Source: a virus (taxonomy: Duplodnaviria > Caudoviricetes). Taken from it: DNA of 54,428 nt. Position numbers and translations under genes: made by a program. The notes beneath the pieces were generated by a model. That model ran no database searches. It was not told where the DNA came from and saw only the letters and a program-made list of their open reading frames with translations. Location of the stretch: positions 1-54,428 of the IMG/VR virus record IMGVR_UViG_3300021964_000091. One strand, given 5' to 3'. Below, one piece after another: positions 8,801-17,099 of this stretch. Numbering within the stretch: position 1 is the stretch's first letter; every line of letters starts with the position of its first letter.

Positions 8801-9808
8801 TTAAGCAGTTACGATGCGACCTTCCCGCTGTGCAGCGAAAATGTCACGTTCAATTCGACCCCTTTCATCTTCCCTGCCTTTAAACTTTCCTTTACGAACA
8901 TCTTCGAAAAATTTCGAAATATCCGCTGGGGAGTAGTTCTGACTTGCTTGAGTTGTAGGTTTACCAGAACGTCCACGTCCCGGTGCAACTTGTTTTTCAA
9001 GCTGAGAGTTTGAAGTTGGTCGGTTCTCACGAGCAGTTTCGGGTACTCCAAATTCCTTTTGCCAAGCCGCAAAGAAACTCGCTACACGTTTAACATCTAG
9101 ATTAGATTGTGCATCTTCTAGATACGTTTGACGACTAATACCAGTTAGAGGGTCGACTGCTAACAACCAAGACTGAAAGTCTGCGTTGTTATTAATGTCT
9201 TGCCAATTTGGTACCGCATTGGAAAGTCCAGACCAAAACGCTTGTTCGCTAGATGCTTTTTGCTGTGCTTGTACTTGATGTACTTGAGGCACAACACCTT
9301 GTATCTGCGCGATCATTTTCTCCAACTGTGCAATACGCCCATTTGCTGTATTGACTTCTTCCCTAGCTGCTCGACGCATGACGTCAATCGAATCCCCATA
9401 TTCCTTCATATCAGCATCCGTGATTAACGGATCGTTTGATACTTCAGGCTGAGCAGGAACTTGATTCTGCATAGTGCTAAGTAATTGTTCCAGTTGGGCT
9501 ACTCGGTTTTGCATTTCACGGTTGTTCGCATTTAAACGCGGAACATCTGCGTTATACATACCTTGTAACGTTTTGTACTTTTGTTCCCAAGTTTCTTTTG
9601 GTTTAGTGTCTGATTGATTTTGCTCAGAAACCTCAGACTCAGGTGCCTTTTCATTAACACTGTTGGAAGGCTGTTCTACAGGTTTCTCATCAGGTACTAC
9701 AGTTGCCTCGGCATTTTCTGCCTGTACGTTTTCTGTTTCGCCGTTGAGTTCCTTATACAATGCTTGTACTTCCTCAGACTGTTTTTGAACTTGCTTTGGT
9801 ATTCCCAT
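8801..9808 (-). CDS. Capsid scaffolding protein
   Basis: Acidic coiled coil, WEQKYKTLQG motif, C-terminal AQREGRI; lies between portal and capsid. Confidence 0.75.
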   Translation of the reverse strand: MGIPKQVQKQSEEVQALYKELNGETENVQAENAEATVVPDEKPVEQPSNSVNEKAPESEVSEQNQSDTKPKETWEQKYKTLQGMYNADVPRLNANNREMQNRVAQLEQLLSTMQNQVPAQPEVSNDPLITDADMKEYGDSIDVMRRAAREEVNTANGRIAQLEKMIAQIQGVVPQVHQVQAQQKASSEQAFWSGLSNAVPNWQDINNNADFQSWLLAVDPLTGISRQTYLEDAQSNLDVKRVASFFAAWQKEFGVPETARENRPTSNSQLEKQVAPGRGRSGKPTTQASQNYSPADISKFFEDVRKGKFKGREDERGRIERDIFAAQREGRIVTA

Positions 9809-9846
9809 AATCGCTCCTATCGGTGTGCGTAATTAAAAGCAGGCTG

Positions 9847-10065
9847 TCATTTTGACTTTGCCGCCATTTCAGGGGACTCTACTATGAGCTTAATTAGCTC
9901 TAACAAAACCTGACACCGCCCCTGTGCAAGTGCCACATTCTGTGTAGCGTTTGGTAGCCGCGATAACTCATCTGATCCCCATTCCTGAATAAACTGTGCG
10001 AACTCAGGATATTGGTGAACAATTTGAGCTACTGCTTTGACAACTTCAGGATCAGGTCTTTTCAT
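9847..10065 (-). CDS. Hypothetical head-associated protein
   Basis: ATGA overlap with the portal stop; GGAGG RBS; AQGR motif. Confidence 0.7.
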   Translation of the reverse strand: MKRPDPEVVKAVAQIVHQYPEFAQFIQEWGSDELSRLPNATQNVALAQGRCQVLLELIKLIVESPEMAAKSK

Positions 10066-12095
10066 CTAACCCTCCCTGCGCCACCGTTGCCAACTGTGTT
10101 TGCTTCCATTCCACCCTTGGGAGAACCATCAGGCTGTACAGCTTGAGCTTCTGCCTGCTGTTGAGCAGCCATGATCTCAGCCTTAACTTTATCCTGATAA
10201 CCTTCTCTTTCCCTAGATGGAACAATATCATCCACAGGCATTTGCAACCCTTTGGCAATTTCACGAAGAATCGCGGAACGACCTTTCTTACCAACGATCT
10301 CCATATCGATTTCGTTGGCGGTTGCGTTAAGAAACTCAATTCGACGCATGTTGACAGTTTCCTTGACAGCAAGGTTAACTGCACCTTTCGGCATGATATC
10401 AACATCGCCTTTAATACTTTCGTCTTCATCATATCGCATGTTATACACAAATTGACGGTGAACAATAGGCTTAATAATGTCACTATCGATGTGCATAACT
10501 ACTTGACGTATCCCCTTACCGGCTGACCCCATCAACATAGATAACCCTGATGCAGTACGTCCTGCTCCCTGAACATTCAGGTCACCATAAACATAAGAGG
10601 GAATGCCTGAATGGTCATCAGCCAATTTGCTAAACTTGTCATATACAGCCATTAATGTATTTGCATTATCGTCTGGCTGAGTAAACCGAACTGCAGGAGA
10701 ACTAGAACCAAACGGATCATTAGTTACCTGCCAAATCTTCCAAGGATGTAGCTGAGTAATATCTTCATTAGGCGGGATACGCTCAAGATTAACTTCTACT
10801 TGAGGGCCTGATGAAATACCCATGTTATTAATTAGTGCACGAGCAGATGCGTTACATACGTTTTGCAAGTCTTGAATGATTTCTGGAATACCTTTACCCC
10901 AGAAAGAACCCGGCCCTTTAATGAATGATGTTTTAGCGTAAGGCTTTTCACCTAGCGGATCATAATTAAGTACAGCCTTAATAACGTAGTTACCTACGAT
11001 CCATACGTTAGCATCGTATTCACGAGCTTGGTCTTCAATTTCTTCTTCGTCCATACCCCATTCAACAAGCATCTTACCGCTGACTTTACCCCAGAACTCT
11101 AGAGCGTCATAAATGTCGGTAGGTCTTGACTCAGTATGGAACTTACGTTCTTCTTCATCTTTAAGTAATTCGACATCTTCGTTAACCCAAGATTGTCCAT
11201 TACCAATTTCTAAAACTTTTCGAATAGCATCTTCGTCATATCCGGGTACGCCGATCATATCCGCCAACTCTGAACGAGTTAGTGGATGATGTTCAAATAA
11301 ATAACCGTCCTTGATATTCGTAACACCCGGCTCAGGATAAATCTTAAATGGGTCTACTCGTTCAAACTCAGGTGCAATTACTTCAGTTGCCTCGACAGTA
11401 GTTCTACCATCAGGGTCTTTCGTATAACCTAACTTACGTTGTCTACGAACGACAGGCCCTTTAAGAAAAGCACATGGGTATGTAACTAGATCAGTGATAA
11501 ATTCGTTAAATGAATCTCCCCATCCACCTTGTGCAAACTGGTCAGAGATTTTAACTTTCATTTTTTTCGCACGGTTGTCTGCATCTTGCAGCAACTTAAA
11601 CCTGTAATCTTGCGCGAGCATTTCTTTCATCTCTGCAATATCACTAGGTGTAGGTGCTTGGCCTTTATCCTGTACCATCTTAATAACTTCAGCTGCAAAA
11701 ATATTTTGTAGTTCTGCAGTCTGGTCAGGTGATAAATCAGGAATAGGGGTTGGTTGCAAATCCCAAGGTGGGGTTCCTTGGTCGAGGAGTATATCACGCA
11801 ACCAACTTTCTGCTGCACGACATTTGACTTCTGTTATCATCATATAGATATCAGAGCCACCTTGTTCGTGAATCTGTTTTAATTTGTCTGCTTCGTATTC
11901 ACCATTACGTTGGCGTAATCCCCGAAGCATAATATTTTCGATTGGTTTCTTAGAACGCCTAGCTGCGTCCCAACAAGTTCTAAGGTAACCGGTAATTCCA
12001 AGAACAACACTATCCGCTTGACGCTCAGCGAGCGCCTTATCACGCATTTCTTTTTCGCGTTTCGTTAGGGTAGCGTTATCAATTACCTGTAGCAT
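10062..12095 (-). CDS. Portal protein
   Basis: 677 aa after the terminase; FWGKGIPE...ALINNM and GAGRTASGLSML motifs. Confidence 0.9.
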   Translation of the reverse strand: MLQVIDNATLTKREKEMRDKALAERQADSVVLGITGYLRTCWDAARRSKKPIENIMLRGLRQRNGEYEADKLKQIHEQGGSDIYMMITEVKCRAAESWLRDILLDQGTPPWDLQPTPIPDLSPDQTAELQNIFAAEVIKMVQDKGQAPTPSDIAEMKEMLAQDYRFKLLQDADNRAKKMKVKISDQFAQGGWGDSFNEFITDLVTYPCAFLKGPVVRRQRKLGYTKDPDGRTTVEATEVIAPEFERVDPFKIYPEPGVTNIKDGYLFEHHPLTRSELADMIGVPGYDEDAIRKVLEIGNGQSWVNEDVELLKDEEERKFHTESRPTDIYDALEFWGKVSGKMLVEWGMDEEEIEDQAREYDANVWIVGNYVIKAVLNYDPLGEKPYAKTSFIKGPGSFWGKGIPEIIQDLQNVCNASARALINNMGISSGPQVEVNLERIPPNEDITQLHPWKIWQVTNDPFGSSSPAVRFTQPDDNANTLMAVYDKFSKLADDHSGIPSYVYGDLNVQGAGRTASGLSMLMGSAGKGIRQVVMHIDSDIIKPIVHRQFVYNMRYDEDESIKGDVDIMPKGAVNLAVKETVNMRRIEFLNATANEIDMEIVGKKGRSAILREIAKGLQMPVDDIVPSREREGYQDKVKAEIMAAQQQAEAQAVQPDGSPKGGMEANTVGNGGAGRVR

Positions 12096-12104
12096 TTATA
12101 ACCT

Positions 12105-12260
12105 CTAGTCTTTTTCTTTTTTCTTTTCCAAAATTTCTAAGTCTTTCATCTTGACTACATCTTCGGGATCGTTCTTATCAGTATACACGACTCCTCCGTC
12201 CTTGTAGCTTCGGACTTTGACTTGTATTTGCTTGTAAGGTTTACCTTGTCCGCAATTCAT
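12105..12260 (-). CDS. Small protein, 51 aa, with YKDGGVV motif
   Basis: Translated by hand as MNCGQGKPYKQIQVKVRSYKDGGVVYTDKNDPEDVVKMKDLEILEKKKEKD; GGAGG RBS. Confidence 0.7.
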   Translation of the reverse strand: MNCGQGKPYKQIQVKVRSYKDGGVVYTDKNDPEDVVKMKDLEILEKKKEKD

Positions 12261-12291
12261 AATCAACCTCCAATAAGTATATATAGATCAT

Positions 12292-12319
12292 AGTATACAC
12301 ACAAGTTTGTTTTTGTCTA
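12292..12319 (-). promoter_or_regulatory. Putative sigma70-like promoter for the portal-capsid operon
   Basis: TAGACA-16 bp-TATACT just downstream of the terL terminator. Confidence 0.4.
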
Positions 12320-12323
12320 ACAC

Positions 12324-12362
12324 AAAAATAAACCCTCTACCGGGGCAAATCGATAGAGGGTT
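12324..12362 (-). terminator. Intrinsic terminator after terL
   Basis: AACCCTCTA...TAGAGGGTT stem followed on the minus strand by TATTTTT. Confidence 0.65.
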
Positions 12363-12407
12363 AAAGAAGGTAATGTCAATGAAACGTTGGATGACACGCA
12401 TATAATA

Positions 12408-13787
12408 TCAAGTCCAGCCCGCCGCTGCAACCCTCTTGATTGCTCTTTTTTGATTAGTATACGCTGCATCGCTAGCATGATTGATGTGTAACATGAGATA
12501 TTGTAGCGCTTCTGCAACATGCGAATGCTTGTTCTTTTCGATGTTACCATTCTTGTGATGGAATCTATATCCACCCATCATGGCTGCTTTAAGCTGTGTA
12601 CACTTAGGGTCAAGTAGGAATGCAGCATCGCCGTCGACTTGCCTCATCAGATAGTCATCCACCGCAGACAAACGTGCTGACACGCTGTTTGTCTTAGCTG
12701 GCATAACTCGTAAACCTTCTGCCTTAATTATATCAACTGCACTTCGTTCATCAGTTTGTGCTCGTTGAATACCTGCGGGATCACATATCACTAGGACAGG
12801 TGCCGCTGAGAATCTTTCAAATATCATTGGTTTGAGAATGGTGCGGACGAAACGCTGAATGCCCATATCAAAGGAAACCGCCTCATCAAGTATCAACGTC
12901 CGCCCGCGAGGGTCTTGTTGCCCTATAACAGCTGCCGGTGTCAACCCCAAATCCATACCAATTACAACCGGACGTACTCCGTTTATGATTGGTCGAATAG
13001 GTTCTGACGCAATATGGTAGTCAGGTCTAAAGTATTTATACACAGGTTGTCCCGCAGAACTTAACCCATATTCCCCATCAATATACACACGAATGTATTC
13101 TTCTGAACGACCCTGTGTGTCGTAGTACCCATCGGGGAGATTCTCAACATTCTCTGCAAAGTGACTACGACCTGATGGTTGTTTAAACACATCCCATCCG
13201 TTGTCGTTAGGACTGACTCCATCTTTCGCATCGAGTCCTTCCATTTGATAGTACCACCAAGTGTCCATGGTCGGGGGGTTAGTATCGCCCCACATTCCAT
13301 GCCACGTCGGGCCACCATCTTTAGCCGAAGGGAAACGTCCAATACGTTTAGACATCGCATCAACAATGTCAGGGTGAATATCCCGACACTCGTTAAACCA
13401 TGCGAACGTTAATTCAAGTGAGTTCAAGTTTGCAACATCATCCGCATCGTCTAGCGCACGGAACATGATCTCACATTCTACATCACCCACCTTAAAGAAA
13501 TACGTCTTGGTGGTACGCATAAAGTTACCACATGAGCCGGGCGGAAACCAATCCAAGAATGTTTTGATTGTCGTATCCTGCAACTGACGTGCAGTTTCTC
13601 GGACAATCGCTACTCGTGATTTACGAATACCATTACTGCTTGGATTTTGCATCGACGCCCGACGCACAACTTCAAAACAACTCGCAACTGATTTACCCGA
13701 ACCAACAGGCCCCATAAGGACACGCATCTTCGAATTAGAGTTCATGAACTCTCGACAGGTTTTAGTTGGAGTGTAGTCTATATTCAT
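12408..13787 (-). CDS. terL: Terminase large subunit
   Basis: Walker A GPVGSGKS, AWFNE Walker B-like motif, TNPP coupling motif, GMDLG nuclease motif, C-terminal HVAEALQY. Confidence 0.93.
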   Translation of the reverse strand: MNIDYTPTKTCREFMNSNSKMRVLMGPVGSGKSVASCFEVVRRASMQNPSSNGIRKSRVAIVRETARQLQDTTIKTFLDWFPPGSCGNFMRTTKTYFFKVGDVECEIMFRALDDADDVANLNSLELTFAWFNECRDIHPDIVDAMSKRIGRFPSAKDGGPTWHGMWGDTNPPTMDTWWYYQMEGLDAKDGVSPNDNGWDVFKQPSGRSHFAENVENLPDGYYDTQGRSEEYIRVYIDGEYGLSSAGQPVYKYFRPDYHIASEPIRPIINGVRPVVIGMDLGLTPAAVIGQQDPRGRTLILDEAVSFDMGIQRFVRTILKPMIFERFSAAPVLVICDPAGIQRAQTDERSAVDIIKAEGLRVMPAKTNSVSARLSAVDDYLMRQVDGDAAFLLDPKCTQLKAAMMGGYRFHHKNGNIEKNKHSHVAEALQYLMLHINHASDAAYTNQKRAIKRVAAAGWT

Positions 13788-13897
13788 TAAATAATAATTC
13801 CGCCAAGAATGAACGCAATCACTACTGCAGCAATAACTCCTTTATGAAGCTTCGCTCGCCTTACCCATTCTTGAGGTGTATGACCGAATACAATCAT
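13787..13897 (-). CDS. Small membrane protein, 36 aa
   Basis: MIVFGHTPQEWVRRAKLHKGVIAAVVIAFILGGIII; AAGGAGG RBS; TAATG overlap with terL. Confidence 0.7.
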   Translation of the reverse strand: MIVFGHTPQEWVRRAKLHKGVIAAVVIAFILGGIII

Positions 13898-14088
13898 GTT
13901 GCCTCCTTTTCATTTATTAATAATACAACATACTGAGTCGGCTGGTGCCGTTTCTTCAGTATCTTAGTTCTATATGATATACCTAACTTTAACAACTCGT
14001 AAGTAAAGTTGTCATAGTCAGCTAACTTATTAAACGATTGAGACTTGTGGCCTTCAAAACTTCCGCCGAACTCACTGAGAATCTTCAA
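13894..14088 (-). CDS. Hypothetical protein
   Basis: Open frame filling the gap after terS; start uncertain (TTG 14088 chosen); ATGA overlap with the next gene. Confidence 0.5.
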   Translation of the reverse strand: MKILSEFGGSFEGHKSQSFNKLADYDNFTYELLKLGISYRTKILKKRHQPTQYVVLLINEKEAT

Positions 14089-14551
14089 TCGCTTTTGTTT
14101 CTTCAATTGGCTCTGCGTCAATAACAGTAGCTGCATGTTCTTGTCCGCCGAGGTTGATTGTAATTTTAACTCCACCGCCTGTCCCCTCTGTAGTTACATC
14201 ACCTTTAGGTTCAAGCCCGCCCCATTTGACTGTTGACTTAATTAAGTCTGCCTTCACTGCCGCCGAAGTATCTGGACTATGGATTAAACTCCAAGATGTT
14301 GTAAGTAGTTCTTCCGCCTGAGCACGAGCTTTTAACTTAAAGGTCATGCCTTTATCGCGGATTTCATCCCTATAACTTTCTACCTTCTTGAGAAAGACAG
14401 GGTCTTTATTGAATACAAGTATATCCGACACAGTAACTTTGTGCCGGTCTTTTACTTCATCTAAAGTCTCGCCGCTGCCTTCTAACATTAGTGCTGTATC
14501 AAAAGCTAGACGGTCTGACCACTTCGTGTGTTTTAAGGGCAATGTATCCAT
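14072..14551 (-). CDS. terS: Putative terminase small subunit
   Basis: First gene of the late arm, upstream of terL; helical body with a C-terminal VKITINLG beta strand. Confidence 0.65.
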   Translation of the reverse strand: MDTLPLKHTKWSDRLAFDTALMLEGSGETLDEVKDRHKVTVSDILVFNKDPVFLKKVESYRDEIRDKGMTFKLKARAQAEELLTTSWSLIHSPDTSAAVKADLIKSTVKWGGLEPKGDVTTEGTGGGVKITINLGGQEHAATVIDAEPIEETKAIEDSQ

Positions 14552-14560
14552 ATCTGAAAG

Positions 14561-14588
14561 ATTATGCCCAAAATTACCTAGCTGTCAA
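14561..14588 (-). promoter_or_regulatory. Putative promoter of the late arm
   Basis: cTTGACA-16 bp-CATAAT, ending 9 nt before the terS ATG. Confidence 0.55.
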
Positions 14589-14746
14589 GCGGAAGTGAAA
14601 CTTTACACGTTGATTTTTTGGGTCTTGTTATGTGAGGTTTACTTATATGGGGGGGAGGGGTGCGTCGCGTGTCCATGTGCCCCCCCTGTCAATCAATTTA
14701 ATTTACTCAATAGGCAATAGATAAAACCCTAGTAAATAGGGCATAC

Positions 14747-14775
14747 TTGACAAAACTGTAAATTTAACTCATATT
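14747..14775 (+). promoter_or_regulatory. Early promoter P1
   Basis: cTTGACA-17 bp-CATATT; predicted +1 (about 14782) coincides with the base of a hairpin. Confidence 0.7.
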
Positions 14776-14781
14776 GGAATC

Positions 14782-14826
14782 ATCAACAAAACGTTGATAC
14801 CCGAACAGGTAGCGGGAATACTACCT
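14782..14826 (+). promoter_or_regulatory. Structured 5' leader: hairpin plus candidate H-type pseudoknot
   Basis: ATCAAC/GTTGAT hairpin (14782-14798); CCCG 14800-03 pairs with CGGG 14813-16; AGGTAG 14807-12 pairs with CTACCT 14821-26. Confidence 0.4.
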
Positions 14827-14843
14827 AAATACTGGAGGTCTAC

Positions 14844-15137
14844 ATGAGTAGAATCTTTGAAGGTAATGTTAGCTTAGTCGCTAACACCAAGGGTGAGATT
14901 GCCCTGAAGCGCGACCTAAACGGCGCTTGGAATTCAACTAACGCTAAGGAACTGTATGCCAAGGCTCAGGAACTTAGCAAGGCGAAGAAAATGCCATTAC
15001 ATAAATGGTCTTTCTTCAAGGCTGACGGTGGAACTGATGTTCTACTAATGGCGGACAGATACGGTAATCCTAGGATTACAATCCTACCGCCTAAGGCTGA
15101 GGGTGCTACTAAGTCCAAAGTGACTAAGTTAGCGTAA
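14844..15137 (+). CDS. Early small basic protein A (paralog of 16090-16380)
   Basis: GGAGG RBS, own promoter, about 35% identity to 16090-16380 by manual alignment. Confidence 0.85.
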   Translation: MSRIFEGNVSLVANTKGEIALKRDLNGAWNSTNAKELYAKAQELSKAKKMPLHKWSFFKADGGTDVLLMADRYGNPRITILPPKAEGATKSKVTKLA

Positions 15138-15144
15138 CGCAACA

Positions 15145-15166
15145 GGGGAGGGGTAACTCCCTCCCC
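15145..15166 (+). repeat. GC-rich inverted repeat GGGGAGGG-N6-CCCTCCCC, no U-tract
   Basis: Seen directly; same arms as 30037-30056. Confidence 0.7.
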
Positions 15167-15186
15167 ACCTAACCGGAGACAATGAT

Positions 15187-15384
15187 ATGTCAATGAAGGA
15201 TAGTAAAAGAGAATACCGAGTAGATTGGATTGAATACGGAAACCTTTACTCAAGATGGTATTACAGAGAAGCCGACGCGAAGAATCTAGCATTCCAGCTG
15301 ACGCATGACCCAGAGATCGAAGCAGAAAACATAATGATCTCTCACAATCCAGCAAGGAAGCAACAACTAAGCTGGAACTTCTAA
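15187..15384 (+). CDS. Hypothetical early protein
   Basis: GGAG RBS; followed by a terminator. Confidence 0.7.
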   Translation: MSMKDSKREYRVDWIEYGNLYSRWYYREADAKNLAFQLTHDPEIEAENIMISHNPARKQQLSWNF

Positions 15385-15391
15385 AACAACT

Positions 15392-15423
15392 GAGGGAATC
15401 CGAACAGGGTTCCCTCTTTTTTT
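15392..15423 (+). terminator. Intrinsic terminator
   Basis: GAGGGAATCC-GAACA-GGGTTCCCTC followed by seven T. Confidence 0.85.
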
Positions 15424-15554
15424 GTGCCCAATCCACAGACAAACAACTAGATCGATGTAGGTTTTGGTTCTTATTTATTTTTTAATAATATATATCCCAT
15501 ACGTCGGGGGGTTTTGGCTCGCCATTACCTGAAGTTACAACTGGTATTGGTACT

Positions 15555-15940
15555 AAACTTGACAAGATGATGGTACTTTTGGTGTAAACTTTGGAACTAT
15601 CTAGTATCTAAACGCTAACTTGACACAACTTATAGAGATTTAGATACCAAAAGTTTACATCTTGACACCTGTAAACCCTTAAGAAACCTAGGTTTACACC
15701 ATATGTGCTCAAGAAAACTATCTAAACTATCTAAAATATCTATATAATTTACATACATCATTCACCAAAAGCATTTCTCTTGTGAAATATAGGAATCGCG
15801 GTAGCCAAGGATTACCTAATTTCTTTTAGATATTCTAGATACTTCCTCTCAACACGTTGAGATACAAAGGGAAATGCTATCTGATATCCAATATAAACCA
15901 CAACATACACTCAGATAGTGCCAACACCTAGTAGATAATT
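15555..15940. repeat. Iteron-like repeat region; putative replication origin
   Basis: Nine exact TATCTA/TAGATA hexamers, nested inverted repeats and repeated CTTGACA in the longest non-coding stretch. Confidence 0.55.
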
Positions 15941-15982
15941 ACTTGTTTAAACCTTACGCTTTCTCTGTGTACGGGGCCAAAC

Positions 15983-16011
15983 TTGACAAATCGCCGACGC
16001 TGAGCCAAACT
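15983..16011 (+). promoter_or_regulatory. Early promoter P2
   Basis: cTTGACA-17 bp-CAAACT; predicted +1 (about 16018) coincides with the base of a long hairpin (16018-16054). Confidence 0.55.
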
Positions 16012-16089
16012 GGTCGGGCTTTCGGGGTTCCGAGATTATTCGGGATTCCAAAGCAACTTAACCTATGAACTTTACAAAGGAGGTCTATC

Positions 16090-16380
16090 ATGGCTAAGAT
16101 TTACGAAGGTAATGTATCTATCTTTAAGAACACTAAGGATAAGATCGTTGTTAAGGCTGACCCTAATGGTCAGTTCAATGCTGATTCAGTTGATGCTCTT
16201 GCAAAAACTATGACTGAGATTGGTACTGCTAAGAAGTGCGAGGTAAACTTCTTCATACCTGACACTAATACTAGTGACTTGAAAGCAATGCTTTTAGTCA
16301 ATCGTTGGGGTCAACCGTATGTAGCATTCTTACCTAACGGTACTACTGCAACTAAGAGCAAGATTGAGAAACTTGCTTAA
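16090..16380 (+). CDS. Early small protein B (paralog of 14844-15137)
   Basis: AAGGAGG RBS; shares IxEGNVS..NTK, RxGxP and TKSKxxKLA motifs with protein A. Confidence 0.85.
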   Translation: MAKIYEGNVSIFKNTKDKIVVKADPNGQFNADSVDALAKTMTEIGTAKKCEVNFFIPDTNTSDLKAMLLVNRWGQPYVAFLPNGTTATKSKIEKLA

Positions 16381-16387
16381 GCGATTC

Positions 16388-16419
16388 AGGGAAGGTGGTT
16401 TCATACTGCCTTCCCTTTT
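16388..16419 (+). terminator. Intrinsic terminator, probably leaky
   Basis: AGGGAAGGTGGT-TTCAT-ACTGCCTTCCCT followed by a short T run. Confidence 0.65.
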
Positions 16420-16452
16420 CGTGTTTCTAAATTTAATTCAAGGAGGTATTCA

Positions 16453-16653
16453 ATGACGCATTGTGTCTATTGTTCTACGGAAGTTAATGACAAGCGTGTA
16501 AAGTTAGGATACAATACTTGTATGATTTGTGGAGATAAAGAAGCAAAGTCAAAAGTTTTTACAGTGCTTCCTCTGCATAAATCTAATTACATGCTAGTTA
16601 CCAATCGGGAGGACTTGATTGGTTTCAACACTAAGGGAGGTATAGTCAAATGA
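16453..16653 (+). CDS. C4 zinc-finger protein (TraR/DksA-type finger)
   Basis: CVYC-x16-CMIC with an internal Arg; AGGAGG RBS. Confidence 0.6.
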   Translation: MTHCVYCSTEVNDKRVKLGYNTCMICGDKEAKSKVFTVLPLHKSNYMLVTNREDLIGFNTKGGIVK

Positions 16654-16754
16654 AAGATAGTTTATTTTTCTGGATAGTATTCGGTGCCATGGCATCAGCA
16701 GTGGTAACACTGATTGATATATGGTTCGAGTTAGGATGGTTCTATGTTTACTAA
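16650..16754 (+). CDS. Small membrane protein, 34 aa
   Basis: MKDSLFFWIVFGAMASAVVTLIDIWFELGWFYVY; GGAGG RBS; ATGA coupling. Confidence 0.6.
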   Translation: MKDSLFFWIVFGAMASAVVTLIDIWFELGWFYVY

Positions 16755-16923
16755 GATACTTAGTTTCATAGGGTCATCCCTAGTAGTCGTTGCATTCAGT
16801 CTATTGATGCTGTTCGTATTAATCAACTTCATGTTGGGTTGTGAAAGTTGGGATGAACAGTATTGGACTGCTTACAACAGTTGTATAACCCCAACCCAAT
16901 TTATAGGAGCATTCCTACCATGA
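16744..16923 (+). CDS. Small membrane protein, 59 aa (LGCESWD...YNSC)
   Basis: Translated by hand; N-terminal hydrophobic helix then a Cys pair; ATGA coupling to the next gene. Confidence 0.65.
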   Translation: MFTKILSFIGSSLVVVAFSLLMLFVLINFMLGCESWDEQYWTAYNSCITPTQFIGAFLP

Positions 16924-17099
16924 GTAAGACTGCATTGAAACTTTTCATGCTACGGCATTCGAAAGGTGGAGCGTTAGTGAAAGACAGTGAAGGCAATCCG
17001 CTGTATTTCCACGACAAGATGATTGCCAAAAGAAGCAGGAAGGATAACCAAGTTGTTACCTATGGCCCTGACCATCGTAAGTTTAAAGGAGGTGAATGA
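16920..17099 (+). CDS. Hypothetical protein, 59 aa
   Basis: Start moved to ATG 16920 (AGGAG RBS); ATGA coupling at both ends. Confidence 0.7.
   Translation: MSKTALKLFMLRHSKGGALVKDSEGNPLYFHDKMIAKRSRKDNQVVTYGPDHRKFKGGE

Noticed and set aside
15555-15940. CRISPR array or tRNA in the long intergenic region
   Set aside because: Repeats are only 6-10 bp, in both orientations, with no regular spacers; no cloverleaf or T-loop seen.
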